A stretch of DNA of 64,000 nt from an uncultured Fibrobacteria bacterium (GCA_963716395.1 OY970309.1:1152001-1216000), one strand, 5' to 3'. Positions 31,322-39,587 are shown, numbered from the stretch's first letter. Numbers and translations are program-made. The notes: generated by a model from the letters alone, not told the origin.

Positions 31322-31370
31322 TGGATTAGAGTTCATCACTAGGTAGAAGCGGAAAAGTTTGGATACCCAA

Positions 31371-32016
31371 GGCAAGGCGAAGCTGACCGAGGTGGAGCCG
31401 AGCCATGTCAAGATTCGGTTTCCCGGCGAGGATGCGAAGCAGAAGGAAAAGGAGAAGGCGGCGGGGGGTGGGTCGGGAGATTCTAACAAAAAAACCACCA
31501 TGGCTACAAATTGCGGAAGATGAAGCACGGAGATGGAAAGGACAATTAGAATCAGAGATTTCCAAATCCATGAATTATCATCAAGAAGTTGGGGTTAACA
31601 TTCCTAATCTCATCGGGAACGATCATCCTTGGTGCGCGTCATTCGTTAATTATTGTCTGCAAAAAACAGGGTTTAAAATTTCCCATCCTCCTGCACTTGC
31701 CCGATCGTTTTTAAACGATCCGAACTTTTTGTTGCTTGACCAGCCAATTTTCGGGGCAATTGCAGTAGTCGGAAACCATCACGTGGCTTTCATATACGCT
31801 TATGAATCGGCGACACGACTACCGATACTTCTCGGCGGTAATCAATCAGATCAAATCAATTTCAAAAGATTTTCAGGAGGAATAACCTACCACATTCCGG
31901 TGGATTATCATTACCACGAAGAAACGCTGACGGCTCTCAAAACAACATCGGCTGCGAAGTTAAATACTGCATTCGGAATCAGGCTTAACATTAAAGGATC
32001 CAACAGCACTAGGTAG
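31371..32016 (+). pseudogene. Orphan toxin module: homology arm plus TIGR02594-type (NlpC/P60/CHAP-like) peptidoglycan hydrolase, one base out of frame
   Basis: Arm encodes GKAKLTEVEPSHVKIRFPGEDAKQKEKEKAAG; the +1 frame gives KPPWLQIAEDE...PWCASFVNYCL...HVAF...LLGGNQSDQI; no own start or RBS. Confidence 0.8.
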
Positions 32017-32023
32017 AGTGGAA

Positions 32024-32635
32024 ATGGGAAACAAATTCCTTCTTCTTACACTTTTTATTGGTACCGGATCTATTTCTTTTGCAGCCCCGCAGGTCGACAC
32101 CTCCCTATCCGTTCCCCGACAGGTTATCGCAAAAGCCGACGGTAAAATCGAAGGGAAATACTCGTTTTCCGATAAAAAAGGAAACCACCTTTTAATCCTC
32201 ACGAGAACTGCCCATTCAAAATCCGATGGTTCCATTTTCGTAAGACTCCAAGCCATTCAATTTTTGAACATGGGTCAGGATTGGATCGAAGAATGGACAA
32301 TCAAGGATTTCCTGAATTGCGAAGGACTTGATATCGATGCGGACTTTTTAACTTCGTTGACATCCATATCCGATTTGGATGCCAACGGAATTGATGAATC
32401 AACCGTCGCCTATCGCGTAGCTTGCTTCGGCGGCCTCGATCCTAGACCGACTAAAGTTATAATGAGGGAAGGAACAAAAAAATATGCGATTCGAGGAGAG
32501 TCATTGATGCAAATTGGAGGCCAGCCCCCTTATGGTGGAGATTTCAAAGCCGATTCCACGCTGGACTCAATACCCATTTTCCGTAAATATTTGCTTGCGA
32601 TTTGGAAAAAGGCGGCAAATATCGAAATTAAATAG
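32024..32635 (+). CDS. Putative periplasmic immunity protein for the TIGR02594 module
   Basis: Signal peptide (KFLLLTLFIGTGSISFA), starts 7 bp after the toxin stop; DLDANGIDE motif; two Cys. Confidence 0.7.
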   Translation: MGNKFLLLTLFIGTGSISFAAPQVDTSLSVPRQVIAKADGKIEGKYSFSDKKGNHLLILTRTAHSKSDGSIFVRLQAIQFLNMGQDWIEEWTIKDFLNCEGLDIDADFLTSLTSISDLDANGIDESTVAYRVACFGGLDPRPTKVIMREGTKKYAIRGESLMQIGGQPPYGGDFKADSTLDSIPIFRKYLLAIWKKAANIEIK

Positions 32636-32646
32636 TTCGTATTCCG

Positions 32647-33186
32647 TTGGGAACAGGAACGAAGAATTCGAGGAAGGCGGCGGCCGGGTCAAAAAGCAGC
32701 GGAAATTCAGGACAAAGTGATAGTGCCGCTGAAAGTTCGAAAAACACGGGTGACGGGAAAAGCGATAAGTCCAATTCAACAGAAAATTCCGATGATCTCA
32801 AAAATTATGACGTGGACAAAGCGATCGCTTATTTAAATGCTCAAGCGCTAAAAGTTCCCCCAAAACCAGGTCAGTGCGCAAAATCTGTTCGAAAATCGTT
32901 GTTGGCGGGCCACATCAATATCGATCCACATCCATTGCTTGCCAAGGAATATGGACCTTACCTGGAAAAATATGGTTTTGTAACGATCGTGGACAGTAAT
33001 TACTTACCCCAAAAAGGAGATATTGCCGTCTTTCAACCATATATTGGACAACAATCACAGGCCGGCCACATTCAAATGTTTAACGGAGAAATCTGGGTTT
33101 CCGATTTCTTTCAATATCATCCAGGCATTTATCCAGGACCAGATTACCGGCAGCAAAAAGTATCCTATGAAATTTACCGGCATTAA
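32647..33186 (+). CDS. Orphan toxin module: Tae3-like peptidoglycan amidase behind a KAAAG-Ser-rich linker (probably no genuine start)
   Basis: DKAIAYL...GQCAKSVRKSL...AKEYG..L...GF...PQKGDIAVFQ...GHIQMFNG..WVSDF.Q...YPGPDYR...YEIYR, the Tae3 pattern with catalytic Cys and His. Confidence 0.8.
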   Translation: MGTGTKNSRKAAAGSKSSGNSGQSDSAAESSKNTGDGKSDKSNSTENSDDLKNYDVDKAIAYLNAQALKVPPKPGQCAKSVRKSLLAGHINIDPHPLLAKEYGPYLEKYGFVTIVDSNYLPQKGDIAVFQPYIGQQSQAGHIQMFNGEIWVSDFFQYHPGIYPGPDYRQQKVSYEIYRH

Positions 33187-33751
33187 TACAATTGCATTTT
33201 TTTCTCTACTGATATCAGGAAATTCATTTTCCGATGACGTAAACCGATATGTCATGAGCGACCCCTTCATGGCAATTCATTATGATCCTGAAATTGTGAA
33301 TTTTGAAAAATGTCCGCAATGGATTATTTCTCAAAACGGCGGAAACGCTGAACCGAAGCAATGGATTTTCGCTATGTGCCCACAGACGAAAGACACCCTC
33401 TACATCGTTTCAGGTTTGGTCAAATTTTGGGACGAAGGTTCTCAAAAACTAGTCGATAGCATTCTGGATCCTGATTTTGGAGCAATTATTAAAACGAGCG
33501 GCAGAAAGGTGAAAGCCCTCGGAACTCCCGACGGAATGATGAGCAAATATTCAAACCTGCCGACCAAAGATGGCCTTTGTTTAGTAAAAGATGCAGTAGA
33601 GCGATATTTAATAGCATTCGGTGGTCCCGAAAATCTTCAAAAGGAAATCCTCGATCAAGGAATTGATACGGAAACCGTGGAGAACCCCGCTCTTGTCAAT
33701 GAATTCAAAAAGAAAGGCGTTTTTATACCGCTGATAAAAAAATCGAAGTAA
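33167..33751 (+). CDS. Putative periplasmic immunity protein for the Tae3-like module
   Basis: ATG overlaps the toxin end; signal peptide MKFTGINTIAFFSLLISGNSFS. Confidence 0.7.
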   Translation: MKFTGINTIAFFSLLISGNSFSDDVNRYVMSDPFMAIHYDPEIVNFEKCPQWIISQNGGNAEPKQWIFAMCPQTKDTLYIVSGLVKFWDEGSQKLVDSILDPDFGAIIKTSGRKVKALGTPDGMMSKYSNLPTKDGLCLVKDAVERYLIAFGGPENLQKEILDQGIDTETVENPALVNEFKKKGVFIPLIKKSK

Positions 33752-33773
33752 ACTTCACGAAGCCTCTTTGACA

Positions 33774-33899
33774 GGACACGCCACAATGTTTACGGACTCC
33801 TTATGGATATCGGATTTTATTCAAAGAGAAATGCGGGGCGGTCCGGATTATCGCGATTTGAAACCACCACACCAAATTTATCGTTGGCAAAATGAGTAA
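33774..33899 (+). pseudogene. C-terminal remnant of a second Tae3-like amidase
   Basis: Own translation GHATMFTDSLWISDFIQREMRGGPDYRDLKPPHQIYRWQNE*, colinear with the end of 32647-33186. Confidence 0.8.
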
Positions 33900-34392
33900 G
33901 CTCACCATCTCTATTTTCTTTCTATCCGTATCCATCTCCTTTTGTGATCCTAGGCCGATACCATCTCCGGAATCCTTTATACGAAACCTCTACGATTGCT
34001 ACGTCCATAATCAAATCCCGGATTTTCTGGGTCAAGCAGGGGACACCTTGTTTTCGCAAAGAATGCTTGATATTATGCGGGCACGAAGCAGGATCGGTTC
34101 AGAAAAGCATGGAATCGGTTATGATCCCCTTTGTCAATGCGATGATTCAACTTTTCCCGGTTACAATATTTCCAAATACGACTACAAATTGGTTCGTCAA
34201 AAAAACGGCGAATATCTTGTAAAGATCGATATTTTCGTGGGCGGTTTCGCCAATGACGTTCAATTGAAACTCGTTGTTATAGGAAATCATTGGGTGATTG
34301 ATGACATCGCTACACATGAATATCCGAGCTTGTTTCGCTTGTTGAGATATGAAATTCGCCATTTAAAAACACCGGGATCTGTTTCCAAATAG
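33892..34392 (+). CDS. DUF3828/Tai3-like immunity protein
   Basis: Signal peptide; PESFIRNLY..Y, FS, YDPLCQCDD and LKLV...WVIDDI pattern; overlaps the Tae3 remnant stop. Confidence 0.7.
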   Translation: MSKLTISIFFLSVSISFCDPRPIPSPESFIRNLYDCYVHNQIPDFLGQAGDTLFSQRMLDIMRARSRIGSEKHGIGYDPLCQCDDSTFPGYNISKYDYKLVRQKNGEYLVKIDIFVGGFANDVQLKLVVIGNHWVIDDIATHEYPSLFRLLRYEIRHLKTPGSVSK

Positions 34393-34564
34393 TCGAATAT
34401 CCACCGGCCAGAAGATTGCTCAATCTTCTTCTCTAATCTTCGATCTTCCCCTGGATTTTCAGGCCGCTATCCACTTCACCCAATGATATCAAGCATGAAA
34501 CGTGTTTTTGGTATAAATTTAGCCCAGGAAAAACGGTGAATTTACCAAAAAACCCTGGAGCAAC

Positions 34565-34975
34565 ATGTACCGGAAAAGTTTCGAAGGTGAAGATCAACTT
34601 TCATTAGAACTCGGATCATTTAATAACCCGTTTTCAAAACATTTGGACCCGGAAAACCGCTGGGTTAAACTTTCACGGCTTATCCCATGGGAGAAATTCG
34701 AGAAGCAGTATAGTGATAAATTCCGACTAGTGGGCCGGCAGACTTATCCATTCCGGATGACCTTGGGCGCTCTTCTGATAGAGACCAAGCTTTCCATCAC
34801 GGACAGGGAACTTGTGGAACAGATTTCGGAGAATCCGTATCTTCAATATTTCCTTGGCATGCCGGAGTATTCAAATCGTTGTCCTTTTGACGATAGTACG
34901 GTAACGCATTTCCGCAAGCGTAGAATCGTGAGTTTGTGTAAGCCGCATGTTCGTCCGATTATTCGGGGGAAGGCG
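34565..34975 (+). mobile_element. IS5-family transposase remnant (DUF772 N-terminus plus internal RIVS...HVRPIIRGKA segment, internally deleted)
   Basis: LDPENRWVKL...IPW...LGALLI...TDRELVEQISENPYLQYFLG...PFDDSTVTHFRKR joined directly to RIVSLCKPHVRPIIRGKA. Confidence 0.85.
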
Positions 34976-35395
34976 GCGGAGGGAGGGGCTGGTGGGTCGA
35001 ATAAGATATCGCCGATAACATCCGACTCTAAAGTGTATGATTCAACTACGGGTGGTTCTGACAAAAGGCAAAGTGAGGATTCAAAAAACGATAATCAAAA
35101 ACCGCCTTGGTTACCAATCGCTAGAGAAGAAATTGGGGTGCAAGAAATTCCTGGTCCGCGAAACAATCCCAGAATAATTCAATATGATGCTTCCACAACC
35201 CTTAAAGCAACCAGTGACGCTGTGGCCTGGTGTTCCGCCTATGCAAATTGGGTTATGCAGCAGGCAGGATACAAAGGCACTCAAAGTGCAAGGGCGCTTG
35301 ACTGGTTAAACTGGAAAGAAGGGGCATTGATAGATAAACCAGCTTATGGCTGCATTGGGGTTATTGAAAAGAAACCCTTCCGAGGGTTATGGTAG
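34970..35395 (+). pseudogene. Truncated TIGR02594-type toxin module fused in frame to the IS5 remnant
   Basis: KAAEGG-linker-KPPWLPIAREEIGVQEIPG..NNPRIIQY...AWCSAYANWV...SARA..W...PAYGCIGV, then ends without the HV.F/GGNQ part. Confidence 0.8.
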
Positions 35396-35745
35396 CATTT
35401 ACTAATGAATGCGATGACATATGGACTTTTACGACATGAAAATCTTGATTTTAAAGGGTGAAAGCTGTGTCGAATGTCTAAATATCAATGCATTTGTTAG
35501 TATCCGAATTGCGCCTGCGAAACATTAACGGATTTGACTTCAGAAAGAATAAAGCAGCTTCAAACTTGGCTGGACGGCACGGAAGAAGGAGATGTATGTG
35601 CAGGCAGTTACCAAATTTAAAACCGAATGAAAAACCAGTGACCCCACCTCTTCAAAAGAATAAAGGGTTCAATTGACAAACGGGCGGGTATAAAAAGCCG
35701 ACGAAAAAGGAAAGAACAACTGGGTATGGGTCGGGTGGCTCGACG

Positions 35746-36012
35746 CACGGCGCCTCGACCCTGTTCACGGGATATTGCGTTATCGGCGGTTACGTCTATC
35801 GCGGCAATCCGAATTCACCTTTTTACGGCGTGTATTTCATGGGGGATAACAACAACGGCAAGGTGTGGGCGGTAAAAACCGACGGCGTGTCGGTGCAAGA
35901 CAGCGCGTTGGAAGGCACGGTCAGCAATCTCACTTCCTTCGGAACCGACTTGGCCGGCAATTTGTACGCCGTAAGCCGCGACGGACCGATCTATGCCCTG
36001 GGGGGGCCGGAT
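35746..36012 (+). repeat. 267-bp direct repeat, copy 2 (right island boundary)
   Basis: 266/267 identical to 24913-25179. Confidence 0.97.
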
Positions 36013-36204
36013 TTGCCGGCGGTATCCTCGGTGTTGCCGGGGCGGAAAACCGGCATGGCCCCGCTCTCTCTTTCCGCCTTGCAAGCGGCGAATCTGCCGC
36101 TGCGCGACCTGACGGGAAAACGCGTGAATAGCGTCCAGGGGGACGGCGTTTACATCTATCAGGAAAAGGGGAAAGAGCCGGCCTTGGTGCCAGTGCTGAA
36201 ATAG
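35746..36204 (+). pseudogene. Displaced 3' end of the PQQ-dehydrogenase gene with an alternative GC-rich T9SS-like tail
   Basis: The repeat continues in frame into PAVSSVLPG...LRDLTGKRV...GVYIYQ...PVLK*; no 5' half or signal peptide. Confidence 0.8.
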
Positions 36205-36213
36205 AGGTTCGCC

Positions 36214-36933
36214 TCAGCGAATCATGGGCCCACGGGCCAGGTACCTTTTGCGTTCCCGCTCGGGAAATTTCTCGATGGCGTAGCGCAGCATGGTGCGCGG
36301 CATGACGGCCGCATACCGATCCAGAAACTTCCGCTCGGCGGCCGCGTCGCGTTTGCCGATTTCGCGCAGCATCCAGCCCACGGCCTTATGGATGAGATCG
36401 TGTTCATCGTGCCGCAGGAGTGCGCAGATTCGCAGGGCCAATCGGAACTCTCCCTGCTTGATGAAGTGAAAGGTCGACAACACGGCCACGCGCCGCTTCC
36501 ACAGATTTTTGTCTTGGGCCAGACGCAGCAGCACATCCAGCCCTTTTTCCCGCATGTGCGGTCCGACGATGTATTCGGCGCTGGAATCCACCAAGTCCCA
36601 ATTGTTCACGCGCTGCAGCTTGCGCAGGTAGAACCTGTAAATTCGATCCCGTTCGGCCGCATTTGCGGTTAGATGTTTTCGCACCAACAACAGCAGGGCC
36701 AGCAGCCGGTCTTCATGCCATTTCGAGTCGAGCAGGGCTGCGACGTCACGCAACGGCAAATGCGAATAGGCGCGCGCCAGTTGGCGCAAAACCGGAACCG
36801 TGAGGCCGCGAAAATGATCGCCTTCGCCGTATTCCCCCGGCCCGGTTTTAAAAAAACGCCGCAGCCCGGCCGACTTCGCTGGACTGGAAAGCGATCGCAA
36901 TTTTCGGCGCAGGTCGTTGATAGTTCCGGTCAT
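36214..36933 (-). CDS. DNA alkylation repair protein (AlkD-like HEAT repeat)
   Basis: RFFKTGPGEYGEGD, NNWDLVD, HKAVGWMLREIGKRD and MPRTMLRYAIEKF motifs. Confidence 0.9.
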   Translation of the reverse strand: MTGTINDLRRKLRSLSSPAKSAGLRRFFKTGPGEYGEGDHFRGLTVPVLRQLARAYSHLPLRDVAALLDSKWHEDRLLALLLLVRKHLTANAAERDRIYRFYLRKLQRVNNWDLVDSSAEYIVGPHMREKGLDVLLRLAQDKNLWKRRVAVLSTFHFIKQGEFRLALRICALLRHDEHDLIHKAVGWMLREIGKRDAAAERKFLDRYAAVMPRTMLRYAIEKFPERERKRYLARGPMIR

Positions 36934-36949
36934 CGCATTCGCCTCCTTT

Positions 36950-37825
36950 TCAAGCCGCGGTCAGGGCGGCCCGCAAGGTCGGGTAACGCGCCGGGAACTG
37001 CGGGGCATCGCCAACGGCGCGTTGGCCGTGCAACAGCAGGTCGGCCATTTCGCCCAAAACCAGGCGCAGCGCCTTTTCCGGAACGCGGAGCAACAAGGGG
37101 CGGCGAAACGCCGAAGCCAAAGCGCGGGCAAACTCTTTTTGGGTAAGGGGTTCGCCGGCTACGGCATGCAGCGGTCCGTCGTAGCGGGAATCGGTCAGGG
37201 CGCGGGCATATAGCTCCACCGCATCGTCGCGATGGATCCACGGCCAGAATTGCCGGCCCGATCCGAATACCGCGCCCAGACCCAGGCGAAATGGCCGAGT
37301 CATGGCGGCCAAGGCCCCGCCGCCTGGGTGCAACACCATACCCTGACGCAACATCACCACCCGCAGACCCAGTTCGCGCGCAGCGCAGGCTTCTTTCTCC
37401 CAGGCCGCCGCCAGCCGGCCGAGAAAATCCGCTCCCGGTGGATCGCCCGCGCGAACTTCGCGATCGCCCGCGTCTCCGTAAAAGCCCATGCCGGATGCGC
37501 TCACCAATACCGCGGGCCGGGGGTTTTGCGCCGCGATTTTTTCCATCAGCTTGCGCGTCACGGCGACGCGTGAATTCCAGAGGGTTTGTTTTCGCCCTTG
37601 GGACCAGGGCCAATGCGCCAGGGTCGCACCGGCCAAATGGATGACGGCGTCGCCGGGCTCCGGCCAAGGGTCGTCCCATGCGAGCGGCCGCACGCCGGCC
37701 GGCAAGTTTCCGGACGCCGTGGCGGGATTTCGCGTCAGCACCGAAACGCGGTGACCCGCACGTAACAGGTATGTTATCAAGGCGCGACCGATGAATCCGG
37801 TTCCGCCGGTGAGGACGACGTGCAT
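36950..37825 (-). CDS. TIGR01777 family NAD-dependent epimerase (YfcH-like)
   Basis: TGGTGFIG, VIHLAG, SASGMGFYG, WE, GSGRQFWPWIH.DD motifs. Confidence 0.88.
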   Translation of the reverse strand: MHVVLTGGTGFIGRALITYLLRAGHRVSVLTRNPATASGNLPAGVRPLAWDDPWPEPGDAVIHLAGATLAHWPWSQGRKQTLWNSRVAVTRKLMEKIAAQNPRPAVLVSASGMGFYGDAGDREVRAGDPPGADFLGRLAAAWEKEACAARELGLRVVMLRQGMVLHPGGGALAAMTRPFRLGLGAVFGSGRQFWPWIHRDDAVELYARALTDSRYDGPLHAVAGEPLTQKEFARALASAFRRPLLLRVPEKALRLVLGEMADLLLHGQRAVGDAPQFPARYPTLRAALTAA

Positions 37826-37867
37826 GCCACCCAAATAGAGAAAACCGGCGCTCCGGCCGGGCCCGGC

Positions 37868-38302
37868 TCAGGGCAAACCGATTCCCCGGGCCATAAGCAC
37901 CGCCAGCAGGGGAATTATGAAGATCAGGGTCAATTCGAGGCGCAGGCACATCTTGATACTGCGCGGCACCGGCACCGAATCGCCCCCGGCTCCTTTCCGG
38001 TTGCGCAAAAAGAAAATCGTGGGATGAAGCGACAACAGGGCGGCCACGGCGAACAGCGTAATTTTCGCCATGAAGACCGGATTGCGGCTATAGAAGCTTG
38101 GCGGCTTGTCGCCGCGAAACCACATCCACAATCCCGCACCCAAAACCAGCGCCGCGGCCACGCCGAATACGGCGTCGATGCCCGCAAGCTTGCGCAGTTC
38201 GGCACGGGTCAACGCGGGCTTCACCAGCACGTGTTCGAGCACCAGCGCGCTGCACAAGGTGAAAATGCCGATGAAATGCAAATAACGGAAGAGAATGAAC
38301 AC
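37868..38302 (-). CDS. DUF2214 family membrane protein
   Basis: YLHF, D..FG.AA, K...FY..NP.F..K, PTI.F and LAVLMARGIG motifs. Confidence 0.8.
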   Translation of the reverse strand: MFILFRYLHFIGIFTLCSALVLEHVLVKPALTRAELRKLAGIDAVFGVAAALVLGAGLWMWFRGDKPPSFYSRNPVFMAKITLFAVAALLSLHPTIFFLRNRKGAGGDSVPVPRSIKMCLRLELTLIFIIPLLAVLMARGIGLP

Positions 38303-38472
38303 CTTAGCCTCCCGGGGATATGCGGTCGCGCAAGGCATCTACCGCCGACGGCATGCACGGCAAATTAGGAATCGCCTTTCCCCAGCGGTTACAGTTGCAA
38401 GTCAGGACGGAAAGCTTGCAAGGAATCCGGCGTGGGAAGGCGTCGATTATGAACCGTGTCACTGGTTGCGCC

Positions 38473-39561
38473 CTACTTGGCCGGCGACTCGTCCTTCGCC
38501 ATATAGATCGTGCGGGTGGGAAAGGGAAAGCCTATACCCATGCCTTCCAGACGGGTTTTCAGGCCGAAATTGATCTCCTGCATGATGTCCATGTAGCGAT
38601 TGTAATCGGGGCTTTCCACGTAGAACACCGATTCATAGTTCAAACTCGAGTCGCCGAAGTCCCGAAAATGCGAGCGATCGAAGGTGGTGCCGGAAATGGA
38701 TTGGACCAACTCTTTGACCACGCCGGGGATGGCCCGCAACTGGGCCTCGGTGGTTTTGTACTCGACGCCGAAGACGAAAACCACGCGGCGCCGCGTCATC
38801 TCTTTGTAGTTCTGCAACTGGCTGTCGGTGAGATGTTTGTTCGACATCACGATGAGTTCGCCCGACAGGCTGCGCAGGCGGGTGGTCTTGAGCCCGACGC
38901 TCTCCACCACGCCCATGAAATCGCCGACTTTGATGAAATGGCCGGGTTGAAAAGGACGGTCGAGATAGATCACGAAATACGAGAATAGGTCGCCGAGCAC
39001 GGCTTGCGCGGCCAAGGCCACGGCGATGCCCGAAATGCCGAGGCCGGCCACGAAGGTCGAAACCTTGATGCCCAGGTTGTCGAGCACAAGAATGAAGGCC
39101 AGCACCCAGACCACGGTTTTGACCAGGGCCAGAATTCCCCGCAGGCTGCGTTTTTCCTGCTCGACGTCGGCTTCGGCGCCGGCGCGGCGCGCGACCTGGC
39201 GTTCGATCAGCTCCTGCGCGATGCGCAGGAAGAAACGCACCGACTGTACCGCCACGAAGATGGTAATCACATCGCGCAGACCGTTCGCGACCGCATGGCT
39301 CATGGCCAAATCGCGTAATCCCAGGTACACCACCAGGGCATACAAAGCGGGAATCAAATATCGCTCGATACTGTCGAGAAAAAAATCGTCGAGCGTGGTT
39401 TTCGTGGCCCGGGTGAAGCGCACGATGGCCCGCAACGCGAAATGTTTCGCGAGCCACATGATCGCCAAACCGCATACGATGGTAAGCAGGCAGTTGAGAT
39501 ACGCCTGTACACTATTGCCGAGGATTACGGTTTCAAGCCAGGAATGCGCCGCGTTCTGCAT
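38473..39561 (-). CDS. Small-conductance mechanosensitive channel (MscS family)
   Basis: AGLGISGIAVALAAQ..LGDLF...DRPF..G..I...G.VE..GLKTTRLRSLSGE. Confidence 0.9.
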   Translation of the reverse strand: MQNAAHSWLETVILGNSVQAYLNCLLTIVCGLAIMWLAKHFALRAIVRFTRATKTTLDDFFLDSIERYLIPALYALVVYLGLRDLAMSHAVANGLRDVITIFVAVQSVRFFLRIAQELIERQVARRAGAEADVEQEKRSLRGILALVKTVVWVLAFILVLDNLGIKVSTFVAGLGISGIAVALAAQAVLGDLFSYFVIYLDRPFQPGHFIKVGDFMGVVESVGLKTTRLRSLSGELIVMSNKHLTDSQLQNYKEMTRRRVVFVFGVEYKTTEAQLRAIPGVVKELVQSISGTTFDRSHFRDFGDSSLNYESVFYVESPDYNRYMDIMQEINFGLKTRLEGMGIGFPFPTRTIYMAKDESPAK

Positions 39562-39587
39562 GGGAATCCTTTCGTGTCGCGCAAAAA

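Larger units (their letters stand above)
24913..36012. mobile_element. Genomic island bounded by 267-bp direct repeats, carrying a PAAR polymorphic toxin array
   Basis: Direct repeats at both ends, AT-rich internal blocks, toxin/immunity modules, IS5 remnant; no integrase seen. Confidence 0.75.

Noticed and set aside
31405-31490. Arg-rich N-terminus MSRFGFPARMRSRRKRRRRR as a real peptide
   Set aside because: It is the off-frame reading of the PAAR homology arm
34393-34564. IS5 terminal inverted repeat and target duplication
   Set aside because: Only an imperfect local palindrome (TTTTTGGTA...TACCAAAAA); the other IS end is deleted, so ends cannot be defined
28984-35395. Prophage lysis region or complete T6SS/eCIS locus
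   Set aside because: No capsid, terminase, holin, integrase, VgrG, tube or sheath genes; only the PAAR effector array
35396-35745. Immunity gene for the last cassette (ORF 35488-35676)
   Set aside because: Only short interrupted frames with no signal peptide or motif; probably decayed DNA
24913-36012. 267-bp or 95-bp repeats as DGR template/variable repeats
   Set aside because: No reverse transcriptase in the window; the 267-bp pair has a single T/C change and the 95-bp pair differs mainly at synonymous sites, including non-adenine ones
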